A stretch of 33,737 nt of DNA, taken from a virus (lineage: Duplodnaviria; Caudoviricetes). Shown piece after piece: positions 1 to 7,795 of the stretch. The notes under the pieces were generated by a model. The model was not told the DNA's origin, searched no databases, and saw nothing but the letters and a program-made list of their open reading frames with translations. The translations under genes were made by a program, and so were the position numbers. Within the stretch, counting starts at the first letter, position 1; each line of letters begins with the position of its first letter. The stretch covers positions 1 through 33,737 of the IMG/VR virus record IMGVR_UViG_3300021495_000004, one strand, 5' to 3'.

Positions 1-111
1 ATCATCTGAATCTCCTGGAATCAGTTCTGTAGCTTTGCGTAATGCTTCTTTAATTTCATCAGACAGGAAATCAGCAGGGTCATAGAATCGATAATCTATG
101 TCGTGTTCATA
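1..111. repeat. Terminal direct repeat, copy 1 (circular assembly overlap)
   Basis: Bases 1-111 are identical to 33627-33737, and an ORF reads through the junction. Confidence 0.97.
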
Positions 112-222
112 CCAGGTTCTCCCGCAGACAGGACAGTAATATTTCTCTGGTTCTAACGGTGATAAATTTACCATTTTGATTAAGTCCCTGTGGCAATAGG
201 GACATTTAGGGATGGGTTTCAT
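1..222 (-). CDS. Small Zn-ribbon protein (77 aa) spanning the circular junction; continues at 33626..33615
   Basis: Not in the ORF track. Manual translation from ATG at 222 (RBS AAGGGGAG upstream) gives MKPIPKCPYCHRDL...YYCPVCGRTWYEHD...DSDDVDE*, with two CxxC motifs and stop TAG at 33615-33617. Confidence 0.8.
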   Translation of the reverse strand, partial: MKPIPKCPYCHRDLIKMVNLSPLEPEKYYCPVCGRTWYEHDIDYRFYDPADFLSDEIKEALRKATELIPGDSDD

Positions 223-240
223 GGTTTATTCTCCCCTTCG

Positions 241-316
241 TGGAGCTGGGGGGAATCGAACCCCCGTTCTGGTGTGTGATGTATCAATCACTGCACCAGC
301 GACACCAGTCAGCCCC
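241..316 (-). ncRNA. tmRNA-like tRNA-like domain (mini-tmRNA, Ala acceptor, no tag reading frame)
   Basis: Minus strand reads GGGGCTG ACTGGTGTCG CTGGTG CA GTGAT TGATAC ATCAC A CACCAG AAC GGGGG TTCGATT CCCCC CAGCTCC A. It has a 7-bp acceptor stem with G3-U70 and discriminator A, a perfect T arm, a stemless D loop with GG, and an extended helix in place of an anticodon arm. Confidence 0.7.
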
Positions 317-325
317 ACCGTCATT

Positions 326-1288
326 TTATTCTTCCAAAACTTCAATTTTTCGTTTCCAGTATTTGTATTTAATTGCGTATTGCTCTTTGACAGCATTGGG
401 AATATTGTATTTAGTAGTTTCAATCCATTTTCCTGAGACATAGAACTTGCCAATAATAGCAGTTTGACCCTCAAGCTTCTTTTTGAGTGCTTTGTCAAGA
501 TGTTTCCACTCGTCAGCGTAGGGTTTTAGCTCCATATATCGCTCGATTTCGCCTTCAAGTTCAGGGTCTTCTTTAATGTCAATTGTTTCTTTCAGATGTT
601 GCTCGGGGAGACAGATATGCCTGAATTCACAGCGTCCGCAGATTTCATGCTGGTATTCAATTCGTTTAGGGAGTGTTCCCTCTGCAACATGTTTATTGAC
701 TTGTTCTGCTTTCTTGACTGCTTGTTCACACACATCATAATCAAGCTCCACTTCAAGCACTTTGATTTGACCTGATGACTTATTTTTCAGAATAAAAAAT
801 CCCTTTTCCTTTTCCTCTAACAAGAGATAGAGATTCATCTGGATATAGTATCCTCTAATATGGTGATATTTGTGGAATTTTAAGTCATCGAGGATATTGA
901 TAGAATCAAAGATGTAGGGAGACATTGATTTTACTTCAATAGGATATGTCTTGCCATCTATGAGGATTTTGCCATCTATCTTTCCGGTAATTTGATATTT
1001 CGGCCACGAGAGTGCTTTCTGTTCTTCAATAACATCAAAGCCTGCTTCCCTGAGAGCTTCGAGGACTGCTTTTTCTTGGAGATGCCCCTCGTCAAAAATG
1101 AATTGCAATTCCACATCCGGAAGCGTTTTCTCCTGCCAATGCGTTCTCTGGTAGACAAGATAACGGAGACAGGGATGACCGAGCAGGCTCGCACGATTTG
1201 AGTTAACAGGCCAAATTTGTCTCTTTTTTGCCTTTGCTTCATAAATCTTGTCCTGGATGTATTCTGCAAGGGAGAGTTTGACTGTCAT
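326..1288 (-). CDS. Cas4-like PD-(D/E)XK exonuclease with Fe-S cluster ligands
   Basis: GKIDG...PIEVKS nuclease motif, QMNLY motif, N-terminal Cys (HPCLR) and C-terminal CGRCEFRHIC. Confidence 0.85.
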   Translation of the reverse strand: MTVKLSLAEYIQDKIYEAKAKKRQIWPVNSNRASLLGHPCLRYLVYQRTHWQEKTLPDVELQFIFDEGHLQEKAVLEALREAGFDVIEEQKALSWPKYQITGKIDGKILIDGKTYPIEVKSMSPYIFDSINILDDLKFHKYHHIRGYYIQMNLYLLLEEKEKGFFILKNKSSGQIKVLEVELDYDVCEQAVKKAEQVNKHVAEGTLPKRIEYQHEICGRCEFRHICLPEQHLKETIDIKEDPELEGEIERYMELKPYADEWKHLDKALKKKLEGQTAIIGKFYVSGKWIETTKYNIPNAVKEQYAIKYKYWKRKIEVLEE

Positions 1289-1680
1289 GATTGCCCCTCC
1301 AGTAAGTCAGGATTGTCATAGATATTGCCAATAACCTTGATACTACTTTCACTTATCATGCCTTCGCCATAGTACCAATAGAAAGTTTCCATATCTACCT
1401 TTTGAGGCGGATGACCAAGTCCATAATCAGCTTTCACAATGTCTCCCTCGTAAATTTCTTGACCATTCATGACTGCGAGCAATTGTCCAACTGTTTTGGG
1501 GTCTACTTGAAAATATTTACTACCTATTGCTACCCCAGCCTCTCCATTGTGTGTTGTAAAAGGAAGTTCAAACACCGGAGTAACTAAAATAAAGATGTTA
1601 TTCTCTTTTGTTTTTATCAAGAAGCCATATACCCACTCTTCGTTATCTATTCTCTTACCCCTGAATTTTATCTCCCTCAT
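1285..1680 (-). CDS. YopX family protein
   Basis: MREIKFRGKRID..WVYG N-terminus, TVGQ, EIYEGDI and VIGNIYDNPDLL motifs. Confidence 0.9.
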   Translation of the reverse strand: MREIKFRGKRIDNEEWVYGFLIKTKENNIFILVTPVFELPFTTHNGEAGVAIGSKYFQVDPKTVGQLLAVMNGQEIYEGDIVKADYGLGHPPQKVDMETFYWYYGEGMISESSIKVIGNIYDNPDLLEGQS

Positions 1681-2333
1681 GTCTTATTCTCCTTTTTAGT
1701 CTTAAACTTCACACTTGCCGCTTTGTCTCTTTTGAATCCGATAGCTTCAAGCTGTTCCCAAGTGAGATTTCGCATTCCCAACACTCTCGTAACTCCGTTC
1801 ACAATAAGATTTGAATATGCAGCCTTCTTGACATTACCCACATCAATATCATCAACAGGTAAAAGGATTTTCTTTTTCTCCTTTTTGCCATCCGGTGTGG
1901 TGTGCCATTCGTATCTGACTTGAAAAAATTGGTCTTTTGTGGAACAGGTTCCCATAGCAGTCAATTTAACTCTTCCAAACTCGAATGTAGCAGTATAGTA
2001 AAAGACTTTATGACCATCGGGTAGAACTTCCTCCCAGCCTTTCAAGTCATACATAGAAATCCCAAGCCGAGACATGAGCCTTTCGGCTCCGGGGCTTGCA
2101 AGGTAAGGTTTCCCCTGAAAATCTACCCAATCCTGTTGATAAGTCAATTTCGGGATTAACATCATCAGTTTGCGATATTTGTCAATCCTTTTCTCTATGA
2201 GTTCTAAATCGATTTCCTCGATGGCCTGAGAGGATAAGGCTCCAACTATCTCTTTTGATTCCTCTTCTTTTTTAGGAGCCTCTTTTGGAGCCGTGAAAAT
2301 TTCAGGTTCCAGGGTTTCTTTTTCTTCGGTCAT
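1677..2333 (-). CDS. Putative phage recombination / ssDNA-annealing protein
   Basis: KPYLASPGAERL motif typical of phage proteins found beside exonucleases. The function is inferred from context. Confidence 0.45.
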   Translation of the reverse strand: MTEEKETLEPEIFTAPKEAPKKEEESKEIVGALSSQAIEEIDLELIEKRIDKYRKLMMLIPKLTYQQDWVDFQGKPYLASPGAERLMSRLGISMYDLKGWEEVLPDGHKVFYYTATFEFGRVKLTAMGTCSTKDQFFQVRYEWHTTPDGKKEKKKILLPVDDIDVGNVKKAAYSNLIVNGVTRVLGMRNLTWEQLEAIGFKRDKAASVKFKTKKENKT

Positions 2334-2602
2334 TATTTCTCCTCCTCTATTTGTTCTATCAAAATAGGCTTTATACCGTCTGCGGAATCAGGGTCAGATT
2401 GGTCTGCTTGATTTTTCGCTGACATCTTTAAAAACAAATCTGCAAGTGCATTAACAAGGATTTGAATTTGTTCGAGGTCATCAAAGTAAATGGTCAGGGA
2501 GTTTCCTTTATTGTTTAGTTCAATGTAGCCTGCTTCACAGTCGTCCAGTGTGTCTGTTTCGATTTGCTTGACATAGTTGAAATGAAAATGTATGTTCATC
2601 AT
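2333..2602 (-). CDS. Hypothetical protein
   Basis: Start moved to ATG 2602 (RBS GGAGGTGG, ATGA overlap with the upstream stop). Confidence 0.65.
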   Translation of the reverse strand: MMNIHFHFNYVKQIETDTLDDCEAGYIELNNKGNSLTIYFDDLEQIQILVNALADLFLKMSAKNQADQSDPDSADGIKPILIEQIEEEK

Positions 2603-2841
2603 GACGCCACCTCCTCTACAAAATAAACACCTTTTCTGAGAGGTTTGTAGGAGATATGTCCTTCCTGCCGTAGCTCTCTGACACGCCTTGCGATTGTTTC
2701 TTCTGTTATCCACTTATCCAGCGTTTCCTCTACCCGTCTTCTAAGCTGACGAATAGATATATCTCTCCCTTTGTAGTGGGAGAGTATATCCAGGATTACC
2801 CTCTTGATTGAGGGTTTTTTGAGAGTTGTTAGGGTTTGCAT
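2599..2841 (-). CDS. Small winged-helix DNA-binding protein
   Basis: 80 aa basic protein with TEETIARRVRELRQEGHI recognition helix and GVYFV wing; RBS AGGAGG. Confidence 0.6.
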   Translation of the reverse strand: MQTLTTLKKPSIKRVILDILSHYKGRDISIRQLRRRVEETLDKWITEETIARRVRELRQEGHISYKPLRKGVYFVEEVAS

Positions 2842-2842
2842 T

Positions 2843-3067
2843 TTACACCTCCTGTTTTATTAAAGTGTCCAAAATCCTTTTTATTTCTAAATCTGTGAGG
2901 ATTGGTCTTCTTTTTATGGTCTCAATGACCTCTTGAGGGTCAAAAAATATTCTCCTGCCCATGACATAGGCAGGGATTTTGCCCTCTTTTGCCCAGCGGA
3001 GCAAAGTAGTAGGTTTTACATCAATCAATTGGGATAATGTTTTCGCCGTTATGAGTCTTTCAGGCAT
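2843..3067 (-). CDS. Excisionase-like HTH protein
   Basis: LITAKTLSQLIDVKPTTLLRWAKEGKIPA..GRRIFF matches the HTH_17/Xis pattern. Confidence 0.75.
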   Translation of the reverse strand: MPERLITAKTLSQLIDVKPTTLLRWAKEGKIPAYVMGRRIFFDPQEVIETIKRRPILTDLEIKRILDTLIKQEV

Positions 3068-3489
3068 TGTTTCAGCTCTTGAATTTCTTTCTCAAGCTTA
3101 GACAATGATTTCAGGATTTCTTTTTTCTCGTAAGGGACTAATTGACCATCTTGCAATGCTTCTGAGATTGTAGTAATAGTTATGCCTGCTTCTTGCAAAA
3201 CATCAAGGGATTCTTTGATTTCATTTCCGGTATGCTCATATTGGGATTGAACTACTCTATAGCCTTCTGGTAAAAGCCAAGATAATAAAATATCAATAGA
3301 TTCTTGCTGTTTGTGGTCATGCAAGACATGTAGTAAAGCTCTGAGATGATAAACATTCATTGCCCGTTCGCCCACTCTTACCTTCCAGAAATAGGACTCC
3401 CCCATATTGATTCTTTTCAGGATTTCGTGATAGGGGAGTTCTTTTTTACACCTTTCTAAAGCAGTTTTGAGATAATCGTGGAAATCCAT
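3049..3489 (-). CDS. CII-like phage regulatory protein
   Basis: Directly after cro. The C-terminal EALQDGQLVPYEKKEI resembles the phage CII (CP76)-type motif. Confidence 0.5.
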   Translation of the reverse strand: MDFHDYLKTALERCKKELPYHEILKRINMGESYFWKVRVGERAMNVYHLRALLHVLHDHKQQESIDILLSWLLPEGYRVVQSQYEHTGNEIKESLDVLQEAGITITTISEALQDGQLVPYEKKEILKSLSKLEKEIQELKQCLKDS

Positions 3490-3755
3490 CCCTTAAACCT
3501 CCTGTGTAAATTTTTACTTTTTTCTTCCTTGCTTTTATCCTCATTTTTGTGTATTTTATCACCATGAGTAAAAATATCTTCAACATTCAAATTGAATGCC
3601 TGAGCGATACGCAAAGCACTATAAATAGAAGGGGTTCGCAAACCTCTTTCCACTCGGCTCAAATAAGAAGCAGACAAACCTGTAAGCTTAGCCAAATCTT
3701 TGAGGGTCAAGCCTTTTTGTATTCTGAGTTTTTTAATTGTAGTGTATTTTGTCAT
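3456..3755 (-). CDS. cro: Cro-like XRE HTH regulator
   Basis: IKKLRIQKGLTLKDLAKLTGLSASYLSRVERG HTH, divergent from the cI-like gene. Start moved to ATG 3755, just downstream of the promoter. Confidence 0.85.
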   Translation of the reverse strand: MTKYTTIKKLRIQKGLTLKDLAKLTGLSASYLSRVERGLRTPSIYSALRIAQAFNLNVEDIFTHGDKIHKNEDKSKEEKSKNLHRRFKGWISTIISKLL

Positions 3756-3761
3756 GTTATT

Positions 3762-3790
3762 ATTATACACCAAAAAGTGAATTTTGTCAA
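3762..3790 (-). promoter_or_regulatory. Lytic (PR-like) sigma70 promoter, probably leaderless
   Basis: Perfect TTGACA-17-TATAAT followed by 6 nt and then the cro ATG; no SD sequence. Confidence 0.85.
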
Positions 3791-3835
3791 GGGGCAATTT
3801 CACATTTTAGGATATAAAGGATACCAAAACTACCA

Positions 3836-3864
3836 TTGACAAGGAGGCAAAAGGTGAATAAAAT
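3836..3864 (+). promoter_or_regulatory. Repressor promoter candidate
   Basis: TTGACA-17-TAAAAT upstream of ATG 3893. Confidence 0.6.
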
Positions 3865-3892
3865 TACTACAATCGCAACAAGAGACAACATT

Positions 3893-4510
3893 ATGGATAT
3901 AGGACAAAAATTAAAGATACTAAGACAGATGCGAGGCTTTACTTTAGAATCTTTAGCTGAAGCCTGTGGTGTTTCTAAAACACATTTGCACAGAATTGAA
4001 AAAGGAGTTTCTAAGCCTGCTATTGACACATTGGAAAAAATCTTGCGAGTTTTAGAGATGAGTATATCAGAATTTTATGACTGGAATCCCTTACAGCCGA
4101 CAGCATCGACCACTTCTATGAATGAATCTATAAAAATCCCCATCCTGAATTATGTCCCAGCGGGTTATCCTGCTTTGATTCCAGACCCCAACTATGTCGC
4201 TGGTTACATTGAAGTTCCGCACACATTCAGAGAAAAAGGATTGTTCGGCTTCAAGGTGTGGGGCAACTCTATGGAGCCTGAGCTGAGAGAGGGGGATATT
4301 GCTATTGTATCACCGAACAAGGCACCTGTAAAAGGCGATATTGTGGTCTGCACTTACAATGAGGGGGAGACTGCGATTAAAAAGTATTATCCAAGTGAGG
4401 ATTATGTGAGTTTAGTCTCTATCAATCCAGAATACGAGCCGATTATTATTGCGAAAAATCGCATAAAGTTTATTGGCAAAGTCATAATGGTTATGAGACA
4501 TTATAAATAG
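3893..4510 (+). CDS. cI: CI/LexA-like repressor (XRE HTH + S24 peptidase)
   Basis: N-terminal HTH, VPAG cleavage site, GNSMEP catalytic Ser and AIKK catalytic Lys. An alternative GTG start at 3854 with AGGAGG is possible. Confidence 0.93.
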   Translation: MDIGQKLKILRQMRGFTLESLAEACGVSKTHLHRIEKGVSKPAIDTLEKILRVLEMSISEFYDWNPLQPTASTTSMNESIKIPILNYVPAGYPALIPDPNYVAGYIEVPHTFREKGLFGFKVWGNSMEPELREGDIAIVSPNKAPVKGDIVVCTYNEGETAIKKYYPSEDYVSLVSINPEYEPIIIAKNRIKFIGKVIMVMRHYK

Positions 4511-4519
4511 GAGGGGGTT

Positions 4520-5113
4520 ATGGCTAAATCTAAAGGGCGTTTAATTTTGATAATTGTAGGAGGGGTTTTGTTATTATTAGTGATTATTGGAGGCAATTTA
4601 TATCAAGCTTCGCAATCTACTTCTACTAAGACACGGACTAAACGCCCCATAGAGGTAAGGATTTGTGCGAAAAGTGGAGTTAATGTGCGTAACGGTCCGG
4701 GATTGAACTATCAAGTTTTACACCAATTAAAAAGGGGACAAGTGCTATATGTTTTTGAAGAAAAAAATGGTTGGATTCGTTATAGCGGCACTCCTAAGGA
4801 TTGCGGTTCTCCCTTGTGGGTAAAGAAAAGCTTAACTATTTCAGAATTGCAATATTATACAAATTGGGTAAATACTCTAATACAAAGCGGTATTGTTACG
4901 AAAGTTAATCCAGAATTCAACGAAGCATTTGTCAATCCTTATCCCTGGAGTGTGGCAAGCTACAAACAAAAGAAAAGCATTGGTTATGTGCTGGCTCATT
5001 ATTGTGGTTTAGTAAAGGGAACAAATTTGTATTGGGTAGATATTAAAGACCACTATACCGGAAAACGAGTAGCTAAATATAGTGAAGCTTGGGGATTTAA
5101 AGTATATCGATAA
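4520..5113 (+). CDS. Membrane-anchored bacterial SH3 domain protein (lysogeny module)
   Basis: N-terminal TM helix (LILIIVGGVLLLLVIIGG), then VNVRNGPG...L.RG.V...NGW SH3b pattern. Confidence 0.8.
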   Translation: MAKSKGRLILIIVGGVLLLLVIIGGNLYQASQSTSTKTRTKRPIEVRICAKSGVNVRNGPGLNYQVLHQLKRGQVLYVFEEKNGWIRYSGTPKDCGSPLWVKKSLTISELQYYTNWVNTLIQSGIVTKVNPEFNEAFVNPYPWSVASYKQKKSIGYVLAHYCGLVKGTNLYWVDIKDHYTGKRVAKYSEAWGFKVYR

Positions 5114-5119
5114 GCAGTT

Positions 5120-6172
5120 ATGCGTATCTTCAAAAGGGGTAAATATTACTGGATTGACTTTACTTTTCAGGGAAAAAGATACAGACGAAGCCTTAAAACT
5201 ACAAGGAAAGAAGTAGCAGAGCAGTATAAGGCAGAGCTTGAGCTTAGAATATTCAGGGGGGAATTTTTCGGTATTATCGAGACTCCAGTTCCCACTCTCA
5301 AAGAATTCGTAGAGAATACATACTTACAGTATGAACGCACCCACAAAGCATCGGGGACACAGAAAAGAAATAAATTGTTCTACAAAAATTTGCTAAATGC
5401 TTTCGGAGATACGAAGCTTTCAGACATAACTTTAGGAAAAGTTACACATTACTTGAATGTAAGAGGCAAAATAGCTGCAGCGAACAGGGAAATTTCTCTT
5501 TTAAGAGCTATTTTGAATTATGCCGTCAGATTGAAAGTTATTCCCTACAATCCCATCAAAGGGATAAAACTCCTAAAAGAATCCCCTGGACGGGTGCGAT
5601 ATTTAACCCAAGACGAATTTGTCAAGCTTGTAGAAGCCGCCTCATCGCACTTAAAAGCTATTATCCAAATTGCAGTTTTTACGGGGTTAAGAAAATCAGA
5701 CTTATTAAAATTAAAATGGTCAAACATCGATTTTGAAAATAAAAGAATCAGGGTGCATGTAACTAAAACAAATGAAATCAGATTTGTTCCCATGAACGAT
5801 TTAGTAATAGAGATATTGCAAAATCTCCCCCGCAACGGTGAATATGTATTCACTTACAAAGGTAAAAGGATAAAAGACATCAAAAGGGCTTTCACTACAG
5901 CCTGTATCAAGGCAGGTATCAGAGATTTAAAATTTCACGATTTAAGGCACACTTTCGCAAGCTGGCTGGTTATGTCAGGTGTGGACTTGCGAACTGTGGC
6001 AGAACTTATGGGACACAAAACGCTCAGAATGGTGCAGAGATATTCACACCTGAGTCCAGGACATTTACAGGACGCAGTCAATAAAATTGGCACGCTTGTG
6101 GCACAAAAAAATCAGGAAAAAGACAGCGGGGCGGTTAACATATTGAAAGACAAAAAGAAAGATGGAGCATAA
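5120..6172 (+). CDS. int: Tyrosine integrase
   Basis: TGLRKSDL, FHDLRHTFASW, LMGH and QRYSH catalytic motifs, plus an N-terminal arm-binding domain. Confidence 0.96.
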   Translation: MRIFKRGKYYWIDFTFQGKRYRRSLKTTRKEVAEQYKAELELRIFRGEFFGIIETPVPTLKEFVENTYLQYERTHKASGTQKRNKLFYKNLLNAFGDTKLSDITLGKVTHYLNVRGKIAAANREISLLRAILNYAVRLKVIPYNPIKGIKLLKESPGRVRYLTQDEFVKLVEAASSHLKAIIQIAVFTGLRKSDLLKLKWSNIDFENKRIRVHVTKTNEIRFVPMNDLVIEILQNLPRNGEYVFTYKGKRIKDIKRAFTTACIKAGIRDLKFHDLRHTFASWLVMSGVDLRTVAELMGHKTLRMVQRYSHLSPGHLQDAVNKIGTLVAQKNQEKDSGAVNILKDKKKDGA

Positions 6173-6347
6173 ATTTAAACCTTCTCCCTTACAAGCAGGA
6201 GGTCGGAGGTTCGAATCCTCCATCGCCCATTTGTTTTTTCTTAAGAAATTCAGGTTTTTGAGCAATTTTAACAATGTATGTAAAACCTTATTCTTCCCCA
6301 TTTTGGCACACTTAAGGTGCAAAAACATGGCACAAATATGGCACAAA
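6088..6347 (+). other. attP region with arm-type integrase sites
   Basis: TGGCAC(A) repeats at 6088, 6099, 6304, 6328 and 6339 flank the tRNA core; the tandem pairs are 11 bp apart. Confidence 0.75.
6188..6229 (+). other. attP core = 3' half of tRNA-Val(TAC)
   Basis: CTTACAA GCAGG AGGTC GGAGG TTCGAAT CCTCC ATCGCCC A runs from the anticodon loop to the discriminator, with no 5' half, immediately after int. Confidence 0.9.
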
Positions 6348-6375
6348 ATAAAAAGCCCCGCCACGAGGACGGGGC
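6345..6375 (-). terminator. Rho-independent terminator of the accessory operon
   Basis: GCCCCG-loop-CGGGGC followed by TTTTTATTTT on the minus strand. Confidence 0.8.
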
Positions 6376-6397
6376 AGGTTTGGGGGTGCAATTGGAT

Positions 6398-6613
6398 TTA
6401 AATACTTCTGACTTTGGTGGGGGTGTAAAGCTCTTTGACAATTTCAGTTGGACAGAGTTCGAAAAATCTTAATACTACTCCCTTGTAGCTGTGCTGGAGT
6501 GTGGAGATTGTAGCTCTTTTCATCTCAGGGGGAATGAAACCCAACTCGGCTTTGATTTTCTTGAGGGTCTCAACAGCCCTCTCGACTTGGTCATAGCTAC
6601 TCCATACTTTCAT
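6398..6613 (-). CDS. Hypothetical protein (71 aa), accessory operon gene 3
   Basis: Start moved to ATG 6613 with RBS AAGGAGGT. Confidence 0.75.
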   Translation of the reverse strand: MKVWSSYDQVERAVETLKKIKAELGFIPPEMKRATISTLQHSYKGVVLRFFELCPTEIVKELYTPTKVRSI

Positions 6614-6632
6614 TTTTATACCTCCTTTTTGG

Positions 6633-7397
6633 TTAATCAATACTATTATATGGTTCGGGATGAGCAAAGAGGTATGCCCCTGCCCGCAGAAAAACGGGCT
6701 CCCACAGGTGGTCGGGGGATGTAATAATCCCCCTCCACACGACTGCAGGCATGTAGAGAGTATTATGGATACGGAATCTCAGTAGTGGCAAGACATTTCC
6801 TCCCAGGAGAGTATGGTTGAGAAATGCCTTTCGGTCACGGGCAATGTTGCGGTAATTGTCTTCTCTTAGTTCGTCTTCTATGTCCGACTCCAGCTTGTAA
6901 ATATTCAGGTTCCCCTGTGTGAAAGCAGGGGAAACCTCGTCTTCCCGTAGGGTCTGAGCTATCTGAATCAGCTTGGTTCTCAGCGGTAAAGAAGAAATCG
7001 AGTCAGATATGACAATAATTTCACGGGTGAAGGGATTGTAGCCTGGTAGGAAGGTCTGCTCGATGAGATTCTCTTCTCCTTCAGCATTGTGTGAGCATGA
7101 CATCCGATGACCCCAGAAAATCATGGGGTTTTCTATGAGGGCGATGAGGGTGGGATTGTAGCGTCCGAACGACAGTAACTCTGGTAAATCTCCCCCAGGG
7201 GCGGTTTCCTTTTCGTCGATGCGAACTCTCCAGTCCGCACCGCCTCCACGAGTTGATTGGAGTCTGAAAACTAATCTCCAGACTCCTTTGAGACAAATGA
7301 TATTATCAGGGGGGACTACCCCCTGACGATACTCATCCGTCTGGATGAGCTTGGGGGCATCGCCCCCATAGCCGATTTTGATTAGTCTCAATTCCAT
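6633..7397 (-). CDS. Hypothetical protein (254 aa), accessory operon gene 2
   Basis: RBS AGGAGGT; C-terminal SPDH...L.AGAYLFAHPEP His motif; GC richer than its neighbours. Confidence 0.8.
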   Translation of the reverse strand: MELRLIKIGYGGDAPKLIQTDEYRQGVVPPDNIICLKGVWRLVFRLQSTRGGGADWRVRIDEKETAPGGDLPELLSFGRYNPTLIALIENPMIFWGHRMSCSHNAEGEENLIEQTFLPGYNPFTREIIVISDSISSLPLRTKLIQIAQTLREDEVSPAFTQGNLNIYKLESDIEDELREDNYRNIARDRKAFLNHTLLGGNVLPLLRFRIHNTLYMPAVVWRGIITSPDHLWEPVFLRAGAYLFAHPEPYNSID

Positions 7398-7399
7398 TT

Positions 7400-7756
7400 T
7401 TACACCTCCTGTGCTTTTAAAACTTTTTCAATTAATTGTTTGATTTCTTCGAAAGCAGGGAGCATTTTATCGAGAGTTGTAATATTGTAAGACTTCTCCC
7501 ATGCCGTTCCTGTCCAGTAAAACCTACCGAAGGACTTTATAACATCCTTCACGGGGTAGGTTTTACCTGCAATCACAACTCTTAACCAAATTGATTTTTC
7601 AGAGAATTCATCAAAACTGAGACGGAATTTAATAGGGGAGCTCTCAAGAAGGTCTTTTCTACTCTCCCAGTCAAGCCCTTTGATGCGAGTAGACCAGACT
7701 GGGTATTGCTTTATCTCCTCTACGAACTCTTTGATTTTCTCTATTCTCTCTCTCAT
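7400..7756 (-). CDS. Hypothetical protein (118 aa), accessory operon gene 1
   Basis: RBS AAGGAGGAG before ATG 7756. The GKTYPVKDVIKSFGRFYW...W motif recalls small DUF5710-like domains of phage early genes. Confidence 0.8.
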   Translation of the reverse strand: MRERIEKIKEFVEEIKQYPVWSTRIKGLDWESRKDLLESSPIKFRLSFDEFSEKSIWLRVVIAGKTYPVKDVIKSFGRFYWTGTAWEKSYNITTLDKMLPAFEEIKQLIEKVLKAQEV

Positions 7757-7795
7757 TTTCTCTCCTCCTTTTTTATTATCTTTTTTCATGTTTAT

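Noticed and set aside
1-111. Biological terminal repeat of the virion DNA
   Set aside because: It falls mid-gene, and the gpA terminase plus cos candidate argue for cohesive ends. It is most likely an assembly overlap.
241-316. Canonical tRNA-Ala gene
   Set aside because: There is no D stem, no 7-nt anticodon loop and no NGC anticodon. The layout fits the tmRNA tRNA-like domain better.
212-498. Short ORFs 212..436, 226..498 and 240..443
   Set aside because: They overlap the exonuclease gene and the structured RNA, and show no RBS or motif support.
326-1288. CRISPR-Cas locus
   Set aside because: The Cas4-like gene is solitary within a recombination module, with no other cas genes.
6181-6229. 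Complete tRNA-Val gene
   Set aside because: The 5' half is absent and the upstream bases do not pair with the anticodon or acceptor stems. It is interpreted as the attP core.
6065-6401. ORFs 6065..6391 (-) and 6162..6401 (+)
   Set aside because: These are shadow ORFs over the attP tRNA fragment and arm sites.
6640-6675. Internal promoter before the 71-aa gene
   Set aside because: TATAAT is present, but there is no -35 box at proper spacing.
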